Shown: positions 37,296 through 47,578, counted from the first letter of the stretch. The stretch: 64,000 nt of DNA from an uncultured Clostridia bacterium (GCA_945864305.1 CAMBAJ010000002.1:1091-65090); one strand, 5' to 3'. A program made the numbers and translations. The notes: generated by a model not told the origin, from the letters alone.

Positions 37296-38813
37296 ATGGC
37301 AACTTTCATCATCGGCCTTGTGATCCTGTTCGGTGGTGCCGCCCTGTACGGCAAGTTCTGTGAAAAGGTCTTTGGCCCCGACGAGCGGGAGACCCCCGCT
37401 TATTCCAAGCAGGACGGCGTGGACTACATCCCCATGCCCAAGTGGAAGAACATGCTGATCAACCTGCTGAACATCGCGGGCACCGGCCCCATCTTCGGGC
37501 CCATCCAGGGCATCCTGTTCGGGCCCATCGCGTTTATTACCATCCCCATCGGCAACATCATCGGCGGCGCCATGCACGATTATTTCTCCGGCATGATCTG
37601 CCTGCGTGACGGCGGCACCCAGATGCCCGAGATGATCCGCAGGTACTCCAACAAGACCGTCTACTGGATTTATCAGGTGTTCGTCTGCGTCTTGCTCCTG
37701 CTGGTGGGCGCCGTGTTCATCTACACCCCCGGCGACATCTTCGCCACCCAGATCTGCGGCTTTGACGGCAAGGCCACCTCTGTCTCCACATGGGTCATCT
37801 ACGCCGTTATCTTCGCCTACTATCTGATCGCCACCGTGTTCCCCATCGACGCCATCATCGGCAAGATTTATCCCATCTTCGGCGCGGTGCTGCTGTTCTC
37901 CGCCGTGGGCGTGTTCATCGGTCTGTTCGCTAAGGGCTATCCCCTGCTGAACCTGTGGGACAACTGGCAGTCTCCCGCTCTGGCCGCCTTCACCCTGGCC
38001 GCCGACGGCTCCACTAAGGTCCCCTTCAGCTACGGTGAGTATTTCACCGCCAACCACTTCATCCCCATCTTCTTCATCACCGTGGCCTGCGGCATCCTGT
38101 CCGGCTTCCACTCCACCCAGACCGCCATCATCTCCCGCACAGTCAAGAGTGAGAAGGAAGGCCGCATGACCTTCTACAACATGATGGTTCTGGAGGGCTT
38201 CATCGCCATGGTCTGGGCCGCTGCCGCCATGGGCGTGTACAACCTGGGCATGCAGCAGGCGGTCGCCTCCGGTGCCACCGCCACCGTCGGTGTGGTCTGC
38301 AAGCACATCCTGGGCACCTTCGGCGGCATCATCGCCCTGGTGGGTATCGTGGTCCTGCCCATTACCTCCGGCGACACCGCTCTGCGTGGCCTGCGCCTGA
38401 CCATTGCCGAGTCCTTCCACATCGACCAGAGCACCAACGGCAAGCGCCTGACCCTGTCCGCCGTGATCTTCGCTCTGGTGGCGGTGATCCTGGTGTTCGC
38501 CAAGGTCAACGCCAATGGCTTCAACATCCTGTGGCGCTACTTCGCATGGTCCAACCAGACCCTCTCCCTGTTCGCCTTCCTGGCCATCTCCGTGTGGATG
38601 TTTGAAAACGGCAAAGGCAAGTTCGTCTGGATTCCCCTGATCCCCGGCGCGTTCTATACATTCGTGACTGTTACCTACATCATGAACGCCAAGATTGGCT
38701 TCAACATTCCCTGGGGCGGTGCCTATACCATCGGCGCTGTGGCCGCTGTCGCCTATGTCTGCGTCATCATCTGGTACGGCAGGAAGCGCGCTGCCCGTCT
38801 GTTGAGAAAATAA
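37296..38813 (+). CDS. cstA: carbon starvation CstA family transporter
   Basis: DGVDY, IAGTGPIFGP, ACGILSGFHSTQ and ITSGDTA motifs. Confidence 0.9.
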   Translation: MATFIIGLVILFGGAALYGKFCEKVFGPDERETPAYSKQDGVDYIPMPKWKNMLINLLNIAGTGPIFGPIQGILFGPIAFITIPIGNIIGGAMHDYFSGMICLRDGGTQMPEMIRRYSNKTVYWIYQVFVCVLLLLVGAVFIYTPGDIFATQICGFDGKATSVSTWVIYAVIFAYYLIATVFPIDAIIGKIYPIFGAVLLFSAVGVFIGLFAKGYPLLNLWDNWQSPALAAFTLAADGSTKVPFSYGEYFTANHFIPIFFITVACGILSGFHSTQTAIISRTVKSEKEGRMTFYNMMVLEGFIAMVWAAAAMGVYNLGMQQAVASGATATVGVVCKHILGTFGGIIALVGIVVLPITSGDTALRGLRLTIAESFHIDQSTNGKRLTLSAVIFALVAVILVFAKVNANGFNILWRYFAWSNQTLSLFAFLAISVWMFENGKGKFVWIPLIPGAFYTFVTVTYIMNAKIGFNIPWGGAYTIGAVAAVAYVCVIIWYGRKRAARLLRK

Positions 38814-38858
38814 CAGGACACTGCCAATAACCGGGATTATCCCGTTCCTCTCTCTTCT

Positions 38859-38893
38859 GAAAAGCCCGCCGCGGGGACCGCGGCGGGCTTTTC
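38859..38893. terminator. bidirectional terminator
   Basis: GAAAAGCCCGCCGCGG-gga-CCGCGGCGGGCTTTTC. Confidence 0.85.
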
Positions 38894-38902
38894 CCTCATC
38901 TT

Positions 38903-39640
38903 TCACCAACATGTAATGACCATCCCCACGATGATGCCGATCACTGCCGCCAGGGCCGGAGCCTTCCCCTTCCAGAGCTGGACTGCCTCCGGCAGCAGCT
39001 CGCCGAACACCACATACAGCATGGCCCCTGACGCGAAGCTCAGTGCCGCCGTCAGGACCTGCTCGCCCAGCGTCCCCATCCAGAACCCCAGCGCCGATCC
39101 CGCCACAGTGGGAGCCCCCGTGACGGCTGCCATGCCGGTGGCCCGGAGCCGCTTCATACCGCCGGCCACCAGCGGCACCGCCACCGCCATTCCCTCCGGA
39201 ATGTTGTGCAGGCCGATCACCGCCGCCATGATCCAGCCGCTCTCCGCCGTGTCTCCGCCTGCAAACGACGCCCCGATTACCATTCCCTCCGGTACGTTGT
39301 GCAGTGCGATAGCCGCCGCCATGACCACCCCTGCCAGGAAGAGACTGCTCCGCTGTCCGCCCCGGTACCTCTCCAGCAGAAAATTCAGCGCCGCCGTGAC
39401 GCCGTATCCCGCCAGCACCCACATCGCCGCCTGCAAGACCTCCCCGGCGGCAACGGCGTCTGTCAGCAGGTCGAAACACACCACCGCCACCATGACCCCC
39501 GCCGCGAAGCTCAGCAGTAAACTCACCGTCCGGCTGGAATCCCTGCGGAACAGGCAGGCAAGTCCCCCCCCCAGACCGGTCCCGCCGATCCCCGCCGCCG
39601 CTGTGACCAGCAGCGCCGTTTTCCATGTCTCCAAGTCCAT
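38903..39640 (-). CDS. ZIP (ZupT/GufA) metal transporter
   Basis: LHNVPEG and LHNIPEG motifs, GAMLYVVFGELLPE. Confidence 0.9.
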   Translation of the reverse strand: MDLETWKTALLVTAAAGIGGTGLGGGLACLFRRDSSRTVSLLLSFAAGVMVAVVCFDLLTDAVAAGEVLQAAMWVLAGYGVTAALNFLLERYRGGQRSSLFLAGVVMAAAIALHNVPEGMVIGASFAGGDTAESGWIMAAVIGLHNIPEGMAVAVPLVAGGMKRLRATGMAAVTGAPTVAGSALGFWMGTLGEQVLTAALSFASGAMLYVVFGELLPEAVQLWKGKAPALAAVIGIIVGMVITCW

Positions 39641-39793
39641 TCCCCCTTCAAACAACACGAGCAGGAAACCGGCATGCCGGTCTCCTGCTCGATTTTCTTC
39701 CTGATTCCTTGGTTGTCCGGCGGGCTGCGCCGGATACACTGTATGGTATTCTCTTCCAGCTGTTTCCAGAACTCTCCGGTCCTGATCCCGCCC

Positions 39794-40690
39794 TTAAAGC
39801 TCTGATCCCTCAGACGGCTTTAGTTTTTCCACGTACGCCTGTACATACATCATAAAATTCCGCGTCACCGGGGAGGCCGTCTTGACCTGCGGCACGCCCA
39901 TTCCCAGCATCCGCTCCTGAGGCGGGTCCATGGGCAGTGCCACGGCGCTGTGTGCGTAATTGGCCAGCTGCAATTCCGGCAGGATGGATACGCCCAGCCC
40001 CTGGGCCACCATGTTGATGATGGCGTAATCGCTGCACGCGGAAAACAGAATGTGGGGCCAGTGGGGCAGCTCGTCCAGAATATAGCGCACCTCACCGTCA
40101 TATCCCGGTGCCGGCATGATGAACTGCTCCTTCAAAAGGGCATTCAGCGGCACGGACGGTCCGGCGGCCAGGGGATGTCCCGGCGGCACCAGCGCCAGCA
40201 TCCGGTCCCGGCACAGCGGGACCCACTCGAACCCCTTGTCCTCGCCGCCGGCGTAAATGCACAGCTCCGCCTGCCGGCTGCTCATGATCTCCTCGATCAC
40301 ATTGGACCCGGCCTCCGTAATCTCGATCTCCACGTTGGGATAGTCCTTCTGGAAATCCCGGATGATACCTGGCAGCCAGTACGTGGCCACGCTGGAATAT
40401 GCCGCGATGCGGATGCGTCCGGTGTCCGCCCCCTTGATTTTTGCAATATACTGTCCCAGCGCCTCGTTGGTATTGAGCAGCTGCCGGATAATGGGCAGCA
40501 GCATCTCCCCCTCATGATTGGGCACGATACCCGAAGAGGTCCGCACCATCAGCGGAAATCCGACCTCATCCTCCAGCGACTGCATCATGTGGCTGATTCC
40601 GGACTGCGTGTATCCCAGCTCCTCCGCCGCCTTGGACAGGCTCCCCAGTTCCACGGCCCGCACATAGGCCTCATATTTTCGGATATTCAT
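39794..40690 (-). CDS. LysR family regulator
   Basis: GSLSKAAEELGYTQSGISH HTH. Confidence 0.93.
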   Translation of the reverse strand: MNIRKYEAYVRAVELGSLSKAAEELGYTQSGISHMMQSLEDEVGFPLMVRTSSGIVPNHEGEMLLPIIRQLLNTNEALGQYIAKIKGADTGRIRIAAYSSVATYWLPGIIRDFQKDYPNVEIEITEAGSNVIEEIMSSRQAELCIYAGGEDKGFEWVPLCRDRMLALVPPGHPLAAGPSVPLNALLKEQFIMPAPGYDGEVRYILDELPHWPHILFSACSDYAIINMVAQGLGVSILPELQLANYAHSAVALPMDPPQERMLGMGVPQVKTASPVTRNFMMYVQAYVEKLKPSEGSEL

Positions 40691-40809
40691 GGTGATCCTT
40701 CTCTCTGTTTTCTCCGCCGGCCTCCACGGCCGGAACGCTCTCCGCGCGTTTCTCCTATATTTTTTTATCTTATCGTATCATCTTTTAAAAAACAAGAGGC
40801 CATTCCCAC

Positions 40810-40838
40810 TTCTAAACAAGTCTTATCACGCATATATT
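40810..40838 (+). promoter_or_regulatory. sigma-E-like sporulation promoter
   Basis: TTCTAAA-N14-CATATATT upstream of the yaaH/ydhD-like gene. Confidence 0.65.
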
Positions 40839-40857
40839 TCTGTGAGGTGATACGCAA

Positions 40858-42138
40858 ATGACGATCCATGTCGTGCAAGCCGGCGAATCCGTCGGCTCCA
40901 TCGCAATGCATTACGGAGTTGACCCGGTCCGTCTCGCCGCCGACAATGCCGTCCCCGCTGACGGCGCTCTGGCTGTGGGACAAACCCTGGTCGTCCGCTT
41001 CCCCCGTCAGGTCCACGCCGTACAGCCCGGAGAGACGCTGGCCTCCATCGCCGCGGCCTATGGGACCTCCGTCCGCCAGCTCTGGCGGAACAACTGGCCG
41101 CTGGGAGGCACGGAGGACTTGTCTCCCGGCCAGGTCCTGGTGATCTCCCATTTTGATGAGCGGCTGGGCACCGCGTCCTTCAACGGGTACGCCTACCCCT
41201 ATATCGATCCCGCGCTCCTGTCCGCCCAGCTCCCCTATGTGACCTATCTGACTCCCTTCACCTACGGCATCACCGCCGGCGGCGGCCTGCTACCTCTGGA
41301 GGACGACGCCATGCTGTCTGCGGCCCGGCAGCGGGGCACCGCCCCGGTGATGCACCTGTCCACCCTGACGGAGTCCGGCCAGTTCGACACCCAGCGGGCC
41401 GAGATGGTGCTGACGGATTTTGAGGTGCAGGACCGCCTGGTCTCAGAGGTCCTCCAGACCGTCCTCCGCAAGGGCTTTGCCGGTCTGGACGTGGATTTCG
41501 AGTACCTCCCCGGCGAGCTTGCGGAGGCCTATGCCGCCTTTCTGGCCCGCCTCCAGCGGCTCCTGCACTCCCGGGGCCTGTTCGTCTGGGCCGCGCTGGC
41601 GCCCAAGACCTCCGCGTCGCAGCCCGGCCTTCTGTACGAAGGACACAACTACGCCGCCGTCGGCGCGGCCACGGACGGCGTCCTGCTGATGACCTACGAG
41701 TGGGGCTATATCTATGGCCCGCCCATGGCCGTGGCCCCGCTGCCCAATGTCCGGGCAGTGCTGGACTACGCCATCACGGAGATTCCCGCGGAAAAAATCT
41801 TTCTGGGCATCCCCAACTACGGCTACGACTGGTCCCTCCCCTTCATCCAAGGCGTCACCCGGGCCCAGTCCATCTCCAACCAGCGGGCCATTGAGCTGGC
41901 CGTGGAATACGGCATCGCCATCCAATACGACGAGACCGCCCAGTCCCCCTTCTTCCACTACACCGACGCCGGCGGCACCGTGCACGAGGTTTGGTTCGAG
42001 GACGCCCGCAGCATGTCCGCCAAGCTGCGGCTCATCGCCGAATACGGCTTCCAGGGCGGCGGTTTCTGGAATCTGATGCGTCCCTTCTCCCAGACCTGGC
42101 TGGTCCTGGACGCTCTCTACGATGTTGACGGCCGCTGA
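40858..42138 (+). CDS. spore LysM-GH18 glycosyl hydrolase (YaaH/SleL/YdhD-like)
   Basis: Two LysM domains; GLDVDFE, MTYEWG and HEVWFEDARS. Confidence 0.88.
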   Translation: MTIHVVQAGESVGSIAMHYGVDPVRLAADNAVPADGALAVGQTLVVRFPRQVHAVQPGETLASIAAAYGTSVRQLWRNNWPLGGTEDLSPGQVLVISHFDERLGTASFNGYAYPYIDPALLSAQLPYVTYLTPFTYGITAGGGLLPLEDDAMLSAARQRGTAPVMHLSTLTESGQFDTQRAEMVLTDFEVQDRLVSEVLQTVLRKGFAGLDVDFEYLPGELAEAYAAFLARLQRLLHSRGLFVWAALAPKTSASQPGLLYEGHNYAAVGAATDGVLLMTYEWGYIYGPPMAVAPLPNVRAVLDYAITEIPAEKIFLGIPNYGYDWSLPFIQGVTRAQSISNQRAIELAVEYGIAIQYDETAQSPFFHYTDAGGTVHEVWFEDARSMSAKLRLIAEYGFQGGGFWNLMRPFSQTWLVLDALYDVDGR

Positions 42139-42200
42139 ATCCGGCGGCACTTGCAATCTCTCCCCCATATGATATACTTTATAAAAAAGGGGGTATTGCC

Positions 42201-42533
42201 ATGGAGAAGAAGTTCTGTCCCTGCGGAGGGACCTTTCAGAACCTGGGCCGGCGGGAGATCCGGATGAGGCCCACGTCCCCCCTGAAGCATAATACTCTGG
42301 ACAACTATTCTCTGGAAGCGGAGCTGTTCGTCTGTGACTGCTGTCATGAACTGAAGCTGTTTCTTCCCGAGGAGCTGGCCTTTGAACTGACCCACTCGCC
42401 GGAGGAGCGCTATCTCCGGGAATTCGCGGACGCTTCGGATGCGGAGCTGCGTCGAATCGCGGAAAAGAGCTATCACCCGGAGGCCCGCCGGGCGGCGGCA
42501 GCCCTGCTGAGCCAGCGGAAGGAATCCAAATAA
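42201..42533 (+). CDS. hypothetical zinc-ribbon protein
   Basis: CPCGG and CDCC motifs; RBS and TTGCAA..TATACT-like promoter upstream. Confidence 0.55.
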   Translation: MEKKFCPCGGTFQNLGRREIRMRPTSPLKHNTLDNYSLEAELFVCDCCHELKLFLPEELAFELTHSPEERYLREFADASDAELRRIAEKSYHPEARRAAAALLSQRKESK

Positions 42534-42571
42534 ATGAACATCCCGTGCCACACGGCGCGGGATGTTTTGTT

Positions 42572-43201
42572 TCAATTCGTCTCTGCCCGGCGCTTTGCCA
42601 TCCGGCACAGCGGGATGATGACGCCGCCGCAGGCGTTGCCCAGCGTCATCACCAGCATGTACAGCAGCGCCTTTCCGCTCCACATGTTGGCCGCGGAAAA
42701 ATAGAACATATTGGCCACACAGTGCTCAAAGCCGCAGAGGATGAACACGATGACTCCCATGAAAATCCCGATGTACTTCCCCACCTCATGGGGGTTGTTT
42801 TTAAAGCCGTCTACCGCAACAAACATCAATATATTGCAGAAAACAGACAATATAAAAACAGAAATCAGACTGTCATCCAACTTTGCCTGACAGAGGGCCA
42901 CCGCCTTTTCCGTGATGCCGGCCACCCGGGTCATGCGGATGCCGTAGCCCACCAGACCGGTGCCCACCAGATTCCCCAGCCACACCGACAGCACAAAGCC
43001 GGTGTAGGCCGGAGGCTGTTCAAAGATGTACCCTACCTTTCCGGTAAACAGGTTGAACCCAAAGGTGCAGATGGCAAACAGCCCCAGGCAGAAAAACACC
43101 GCACCCGTCACCTTGTTGTCGCAGGACAAAAATACCGTCCCGCCGATGCCAATGCAGACTCCGCCCAGGATTGAGTATAGAAACGACGCCAGCTTTTTCA
43201 T
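42572..43201 (-). CDS. formate/nitrite transporter family protein
   Basis: LFTG, VWLGNLVG, FCNILM and GFEHCVANM. Confidence 0.9.
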   Translation of the reverse strand: MKKLASFLYSILGGVCIGIGGTVFLSCDNKVTGAVFFCLGLFAICTFGFNLFTGKVGYIFEQPPAYTGFVLSVWLGNLVGTGLVGYGIRMTRVAGITEKAVALCQAKLDDSLISVFILSVFCNILMFVAVDGFKNNPHEVGKYIGIFMGVIVFILCGFEHCVANMFYFSAANMWSGKALLYMLVMTLGNACGGVIIPLCRMAKRRAETN

Positions 43202-43225
43202 CTCTGTTCTCCTCTTTCTCTTCTT

Positions 43226-44215
43226 TTACAGCCCGTTGACGATTCGCTCGGGCCGTTTCCCCTCCATCAGCCGCTCCAGATTCTCAAACAGCATCCGGTA
43301 CACGTTCTGATAGGCCGACCGGGCAATACCGCCCTGATGGGGGCAGAGCACCAGCCGGTCCGGGAACTCCTCCGCCAGCCTGACCAGCGGATGGTCCGCC
43401 CCCACCGGCTCCGGGTCATAGGCGTCCACCGCCGCACCGGCCAGACGTCCGGAGCGGATGGCTTCACCCAGAGCCTCGTCATCGATGACAGCGCCCCGGG
43501 CCGTGTTGACAAGGTAGGTCCCGGGCTTCACATGGCTGAAAAACTCCCCGTTCAGCATATGGCGGCTCTCTGCCGTGGCCGGCAGGTACAGGCTGATGAT
43601 GTCGCAGGTCTCCGCCAGCTCATACAGCGGCAGATATGCAACCCCAAAGTCCTCTTCTGTCTCCCGGTCTCTCCGGTGGCGGGCGTAGTAATAAAGGGTG
43701 CTGCCATAGGCCCGCAGCCGCTGTGCCGCCGCCTGTCCGATGGCGCCGAAGCCAATGAGCCCCACCTTCGCTGCGCTCAGGTCCAGGGGAATCTGGCAGT
43801 CCAGCTCCCGCTGGGCGTCCAGCTGATGGCCGGTGCGCACCATGTGGTCCCCCCACAGCGTCCGGTGGGTCAGCATGGACATCAGCGTGATGGACAGCTC
43901 CGCCACGGCCGCCGCATTGCAGCCGGCGTTGTTGCACACATAGATGCCCCGCGCCCTGGCCGCCTCCAGGTCGATGCGGTCGACGCCCACGCCCTCACAG
44001 TGAATCATCCTCAGCTTCGGCATCCCGGCGATCAGCCGCGCCGTGATCTGTGTCACCGGCGTGACAAACAGCACCTCCGCGTCCGCTCCGGCCACCAGCC
44101 AGTCCTCCTCCGTGCCGCTGCGGTCGCAGAAGATCAGCTCCGCCTTCCGGGAGACGGGTGTATCCGGCATAAACTTTTTGTAGCGCTCTTCCGGCGCCAG
44201 TACCAATACCTTCAT
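43226..44215 (-). CDS. D-2-hydroxyacid dehydrogenase
   Basis: GVGVDRID, GLIGFGAIG, VNTARG and CPH. Confidence 0.9.
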   Translation of the reverse strand: MKVLVLAPEERYKKFMPDTPVSRKAELIFCDRSGTEEDWLVAGADAEVLFVTPVTQITARLIAGMPKLRMIHCEGVGVDRIDLEAARARGIYVCNNAGCNAAAVAELSITLMSMLTHRTLWGDHMVRTGHQLDAQRELDCQIPLDLSAAKVGLIGFGAIGQAAAQRLRAYGSTLYYYARHRRDRETEEDFGVAYLPLYELAETCDIISLYLPATAESRHMLNGEFFSHVKPGTYLVNTARGAVIDDEALGEAIRSGRLAGAAVDAYDPEPVGADHPLVRLAEEFPDRLVLCPHQGGIARSAYQNVYRMLFENLERLMEGKRPERIVNGL

Positions 44216-44219
44216 CTGC

Positions 44220-45341
44220 TCAAGCCTTCTCTTCCTTAGGGTCTCCATAGGGCGGGGGGACCGTCCCCTCCTCCATGCCCCGGGCCAACAGCACGTCCGT
44301 GGGCGTGATCTTCATCAGGTCCTCTTTTGTCACCTGCTCCATCCCCGCCAGACGGTTGGCCTGATGGACCAGGATCTGCTCAAAAATATTCCGGACGCCC
44401 CGGGCGTTGCCGAAGGAGACCGGGTCGGTGTTCTCCTCCACGATGAAGTCCCGTACCATCTCCGCCGCCTGACCCTCCAGGGTGTAGCAGCCCTTTTTGC
44501 ACTGCATCCGGAAAATCTCCATCAGCTCGTCGGAGCTGTAATCGTCGAAGTGCAGAAAGCGGTTGAACCGGGACTCCAGCCCCGGGTTGGAGTGAATGAA
44601 CCGCTCCATCAATCCGTCGTACCCGGCCACAATGACCACCAGGTCGTCCCTGTGGTCCTCCATGGCCTTCAGAATGGTGTCGATGGCCTCCTGTCCGAAG
44701 TCGTTCTCCCCTTTGCCGTTGAGGGCGTAGGCCTCGTCGATGAACAACACGCCGCCCAGGGCCTTTTCGATGACCTTGCTGGTCTTGATGGCCGTCTGGC
44801 CCACGTAGCCGGCCACCAGACCGCTGCGGTCCACCTCCACCAGCTGTCCCTTGGACAGGATGCCCAGGGAGTGGTAAATGCGGGCCATGAGCCGGGCGAT
44901 GGTGGTCTTGCCGGTACCGGGATTCCCGGAGAACACCATGTGCAGGGAGAGGTCCGTGGTGGGCAGGCCGTTTTTCTCCCGCATCTGGTAGACTGTCACC
45001 ATGTTGATGAGGTTCCGGACCTCCTTTTTCACCGCGTCCAGACCGATATATCCGTTCAACTCCGCCTGCAGGTCCTCGATCTTCTCCGGCGGAGGAGTCT
45101 CCGCCTCCTTCGGGGCCGTGTCGTCGTTTCCGGTGGAGGCCGCCGTATTCCCCTTCTCCGGCGCCGCCTTGTCAGCGGGCACCGTGGGCTTTGGCGCCTC
45201 CGGCGCCGTTCCGCCGTCCAGTGGAAAGGTTCCCCAGAAATCCGCGCCCATGCGGTTGAGGTTGTTCTCCGTCATCGTGCGGATGACCTCCAGCTGCTGG
45301 AGGATGATCTGGTCCTTTTTGCTGATGTCCTTGCGCTCCAT
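44220..45341 (-). CDS. SpoVK/CbbX-family AAA+ ATPase
   Basis: HMVFSGNPGTGKTT, LFIDEAY, NPGLESRF and FGNARGVRN. Confidence 0.88.
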   Translation of the reverse strand: MERKDISKKDQIILQQLEVIRTMTENNLNRMGADFWGTFPLDGGTAPEAPKPTVPADKAAPEKGNTAASTGNDDTAPKEAETPPPEKIEDLQAELNGYIGLDAVKKEVRNLINMVTVYQMREKNGLPTTDLSLHMVFSGNPGTGKTTIARLMARIYHSLGILSKGQLVEVDRSGLVAGYVGQTAIKTSKVIEKALGGVLFIDEAYALNGKGENDFGQEAIDTILKAMEDHRDDLVVIVAGYDGLMERFIHSNPGLESRFNRFLHFDDYSSDELMEIFRMQCKKGCYTLEGQAAEMVRDFIVEENTDPVSFGNARGVRNIFEQILVHQANRLAGMEQVTKEDLMKITPTDVLLARGMEEGTVPPPYGDPKEEKA

Positions 45342-45345
45342 GTGC

Positions 45346-45861
45346 TCACCCTTTCATCAAATCCGTATGCGCCAGTGCCCGGAACAGGCAGGCGGAGATC
45401 AGTCCGGTCAACGCCCCGGTAAAGAGGGACACCCCCAGCAAAACCGGCAGATAATAAAGCGGCGCCGTGTTTCCCAGCGTCAGGACCGCTGCCGCCACCT
45501 GACCGCAGTTGTGGGCCGCCGCGCCCCCCACGGACACGCCGTAGACGGAGAGTTTCCGCAGCCGGGAGAGGCCGATCATAACCAGCATGGCGGTGACGCC
45601 GCCCAGCAGGGAGAAGATCAGCGCGTTCATGTTTCCGGCGAACACCGCGCCCAAAAAGCACCGGGCCAGCAAAATCAGCAGCGCCTGCCCCGGCCCCAGG
45701 GCGTACAGGGCGAAGACCGTCACGATATTGGCCAGCCCCAGCTTGATGCCGGGAATGGGAATGGCCAGGGACAGAGGAAAGAAATTCTCCAGATAAGACA
45801 GAGCCAGCGCCATGGCGGTCAGCACGGCGCACAGCGTCAGCTGTTTTGTCGTCAGTTTCAT
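45346..45861 (-). CDS. Gx transporter family (heptaprenyl diphosphate synthase component I-like)
   Basis: PGIKLGLAN and AHNCGQ motifs. Confidence 0.85.
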   Translation of the reverse strand: MKLTTKQLTLCAVLTAMALALSYLENFFPLSLAIPIPGIKLGLANIVTVFALYALGPGQALLILLARCFLGAVFAGNMNALIFSLLGGVTAMLVMIGLSRLRKLSVYGVSVGGAAAHNCGQVAAAVLTLGNTAPLYYLPVLLGVSLFTGALTGLISACLFRALAHTDLMKG

Positions 45862-45874
45862 CCGTGCCGCCCCC

Positions 45875-46282
45875 TTATCCGATCACCACGTCCGGGGCGC
45901 TCTCGTCCTTCTGACCGCCCTCCAGCCGGACAATGACCCGGGCCGGCAGGCACACGATGCTCTGTCCGCTCCGGGAGATATGCCCCGTGTGGACGCAGTC
46001 CTGGGTGGGGCAGTCCGCCGCCTCCATATAGACCTCCTCCGGCGACAGCACCAGATGGAGCGTGTAGCCGTTGGCCGTCAGGGTCCGCTCCTCCGGGCCG
46101 GAGAGGCTGCTCAGAGCCACGGTCTCCGCCGTCTCTCCGTCCACGGAGATCACGGCGGTCAGGTCATGGGTGGCCTCGTTCCCGCCCCAGACGGCAGCGC
46201 CGCAGCCCACCGCCAGCAGGAGCACCAGCAATACCACCAGGGCGTCCCATCCGCAGGGCCGCAGCTTAGGAGACGACTTCAT
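45875..46282 (-). CDS. NusG domain II-containing membrane protein
   Basis: N-terminal TM; ADCPTQDCVHTG...SIVCLP. Confidence 0.85.
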   Translation of the reverse strand: MKSSPKLRPCGWDALVVLLVLLLAVGCGAAVWGGNEATHDLTAVISVDGETAETVALSSLSGPEERTLTANGYTLHLVLSPEEVYMEAADCPTQDCVHTGHISRSGQSIVCLPARVIVRLEGGQKDESAPDVVIG

Positions 46283-47342
46283 AGGTATACCCGCTTCCCT
46301 CGATCGCTTCGTAGGCGTCGGCCAGACCGGCAGTCACCACCACCCGGTCGTCCGCCGTCACCAGCACCAGATCGATGTCCAACCCGCAGTTCCGCCAGAA
46401 GTCCAGTGCCTCGTCCTCGCCCATCACATACAGGGCCGTGGACAGCGCGTCGCACATGGTCCCGGCGCCGGGCAGACCATCCAGACTCTCACGGTCGCAG
46501 TCCGCCACCACCGTGACGGAAGTCAGCCCGCTGTCCGCCGGATATCCGGTGGCCGGGTCGATGATGTGCTGATATGTCTTGCCGTCCTCCTCAAAATACC
46601 GCTGGTATCCGCCGGAGGTGACGGCAAAGGCGTCCGTCAGATGGAGAAGGCAGGCCAGCGTATTCCGGTCGTCCGGAACCTTGGGGTCCTGGATGCCCAC
46701 CCGCCAGGGCGTCTCGTCCGGCCGGTCTCCCCAGGCCAGCACATTGCCGCCCAGCGCCGCCGTGGCCCGGGGAATGTTGTTCTCCGCGAATATCTGCGCC
46801 ACCCGGTCGGAGGCATAGCCCTTGGCGATACCGCCCAGGTCGATCTGGGTGCCTTGGTCCAGCCGCACCGAATCTCCGCTCTGGTGGACATGCTCCATGC
46901 CCACATGGGTCAGCAGCTCCTCCAGGTCCGCCCGGGCGGGCACCTGATAGCTGTCCGTGGTAAAGCCCCAGGCGGAGACGACAGGGGCAATGGTGATGTC
47001 AAAGGCGCCGCCCGTCACATCGCTGTACATCCCGGACGTATTCAGCAGCCGCGAGACCTCACTGTCCACAGTCACCGGCTGTCCCCCGGCGCTGTTCAGG
47101 GCAAAGATTTGACTCTCCTCATCCGTGCGGGACAGCAGATCCTCCAGACGCCGCATCTCATCCTCCGCCGCATAGGCGGCATGGGTGCTCTTCTCCCCAT
47201 AGACGGAGAAGATCATGACCGTGTCCATGGCGATGACCTGAATGCTCTCCTGGGCCTTATCCGGGTCCGCCGGAGCGCCTCCGCAGCCGCACAGGCCGCA
47301 CAGCATGGCTGCCGCCAGTATCAATCCCGCAAAGCGTTTCAT
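46266..47342 (-). CDS. apbE: FAD:protein FMN transferase lipoprotein
   Basis: Lipobox LCGC; AMDT, DLGGIAKGY, TSGGYQRY, HIIDP and DALST. Confidence 0.92.
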   Translation of the reverse strand: MKRFAGLILAAAMLCGLCGCGGAPADPDKAQESIQVIAMDTVMIFSVYGEKSTHAAYAAEDEMRRLEDLLSRTDEESQIFALNSAGGQPVTVDSEVSRLLNTSGMYSDVTGGAFDITIAPVVSAWGFTTDSYQVPARADLEELLTHVGMEHVHQSGDSVRLDQGTQIDLGGIAKGYASDRVAQIFAENNIPRATAALGGNVLAWGDRPDETPWRVGIQDPKVPDDRNTLACLLHLTDAFAVTSGGYQRYFEEDGKTYQHIIDPATGYPADSGLTSVTVVADCDRESLDGLPGAGTMCDALSTALYVMGEDEALDFWRNCGLDIDLVLVTADDRVVVTAGLADAYEAIEGSGYTYEVVS

Positions 47343-47578
47343 ATAGTATACCGTACCTCGCATCCGCATATTGCTCCTATTTTGCATAATAAGGTAGTAT
47401 ATCACGGCGGTCTGCACTTCTCAACCGGGAATCGGCGTCTTCTCCGAAAAAGATAAAAACCCACCAGGCTAGCCCTTGCAAATGCAGTCAAAGTCTGTTA
47501 TACTATCAAAGTATGTCGCCGGCAGTTGCTCCTGCCAACGGACATTTTTCTAGAAATCAACCCTGGAGGTCTTTATAA

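Noticed and set aside
37239-39626. Long alternative-frame ORFs (795 aa here; also 10474-12249, 53699-55279, 61290-63080)
   Set aside because: They are shadows of well-supported genes in GC-rich DNA, with no recognisable motifs.
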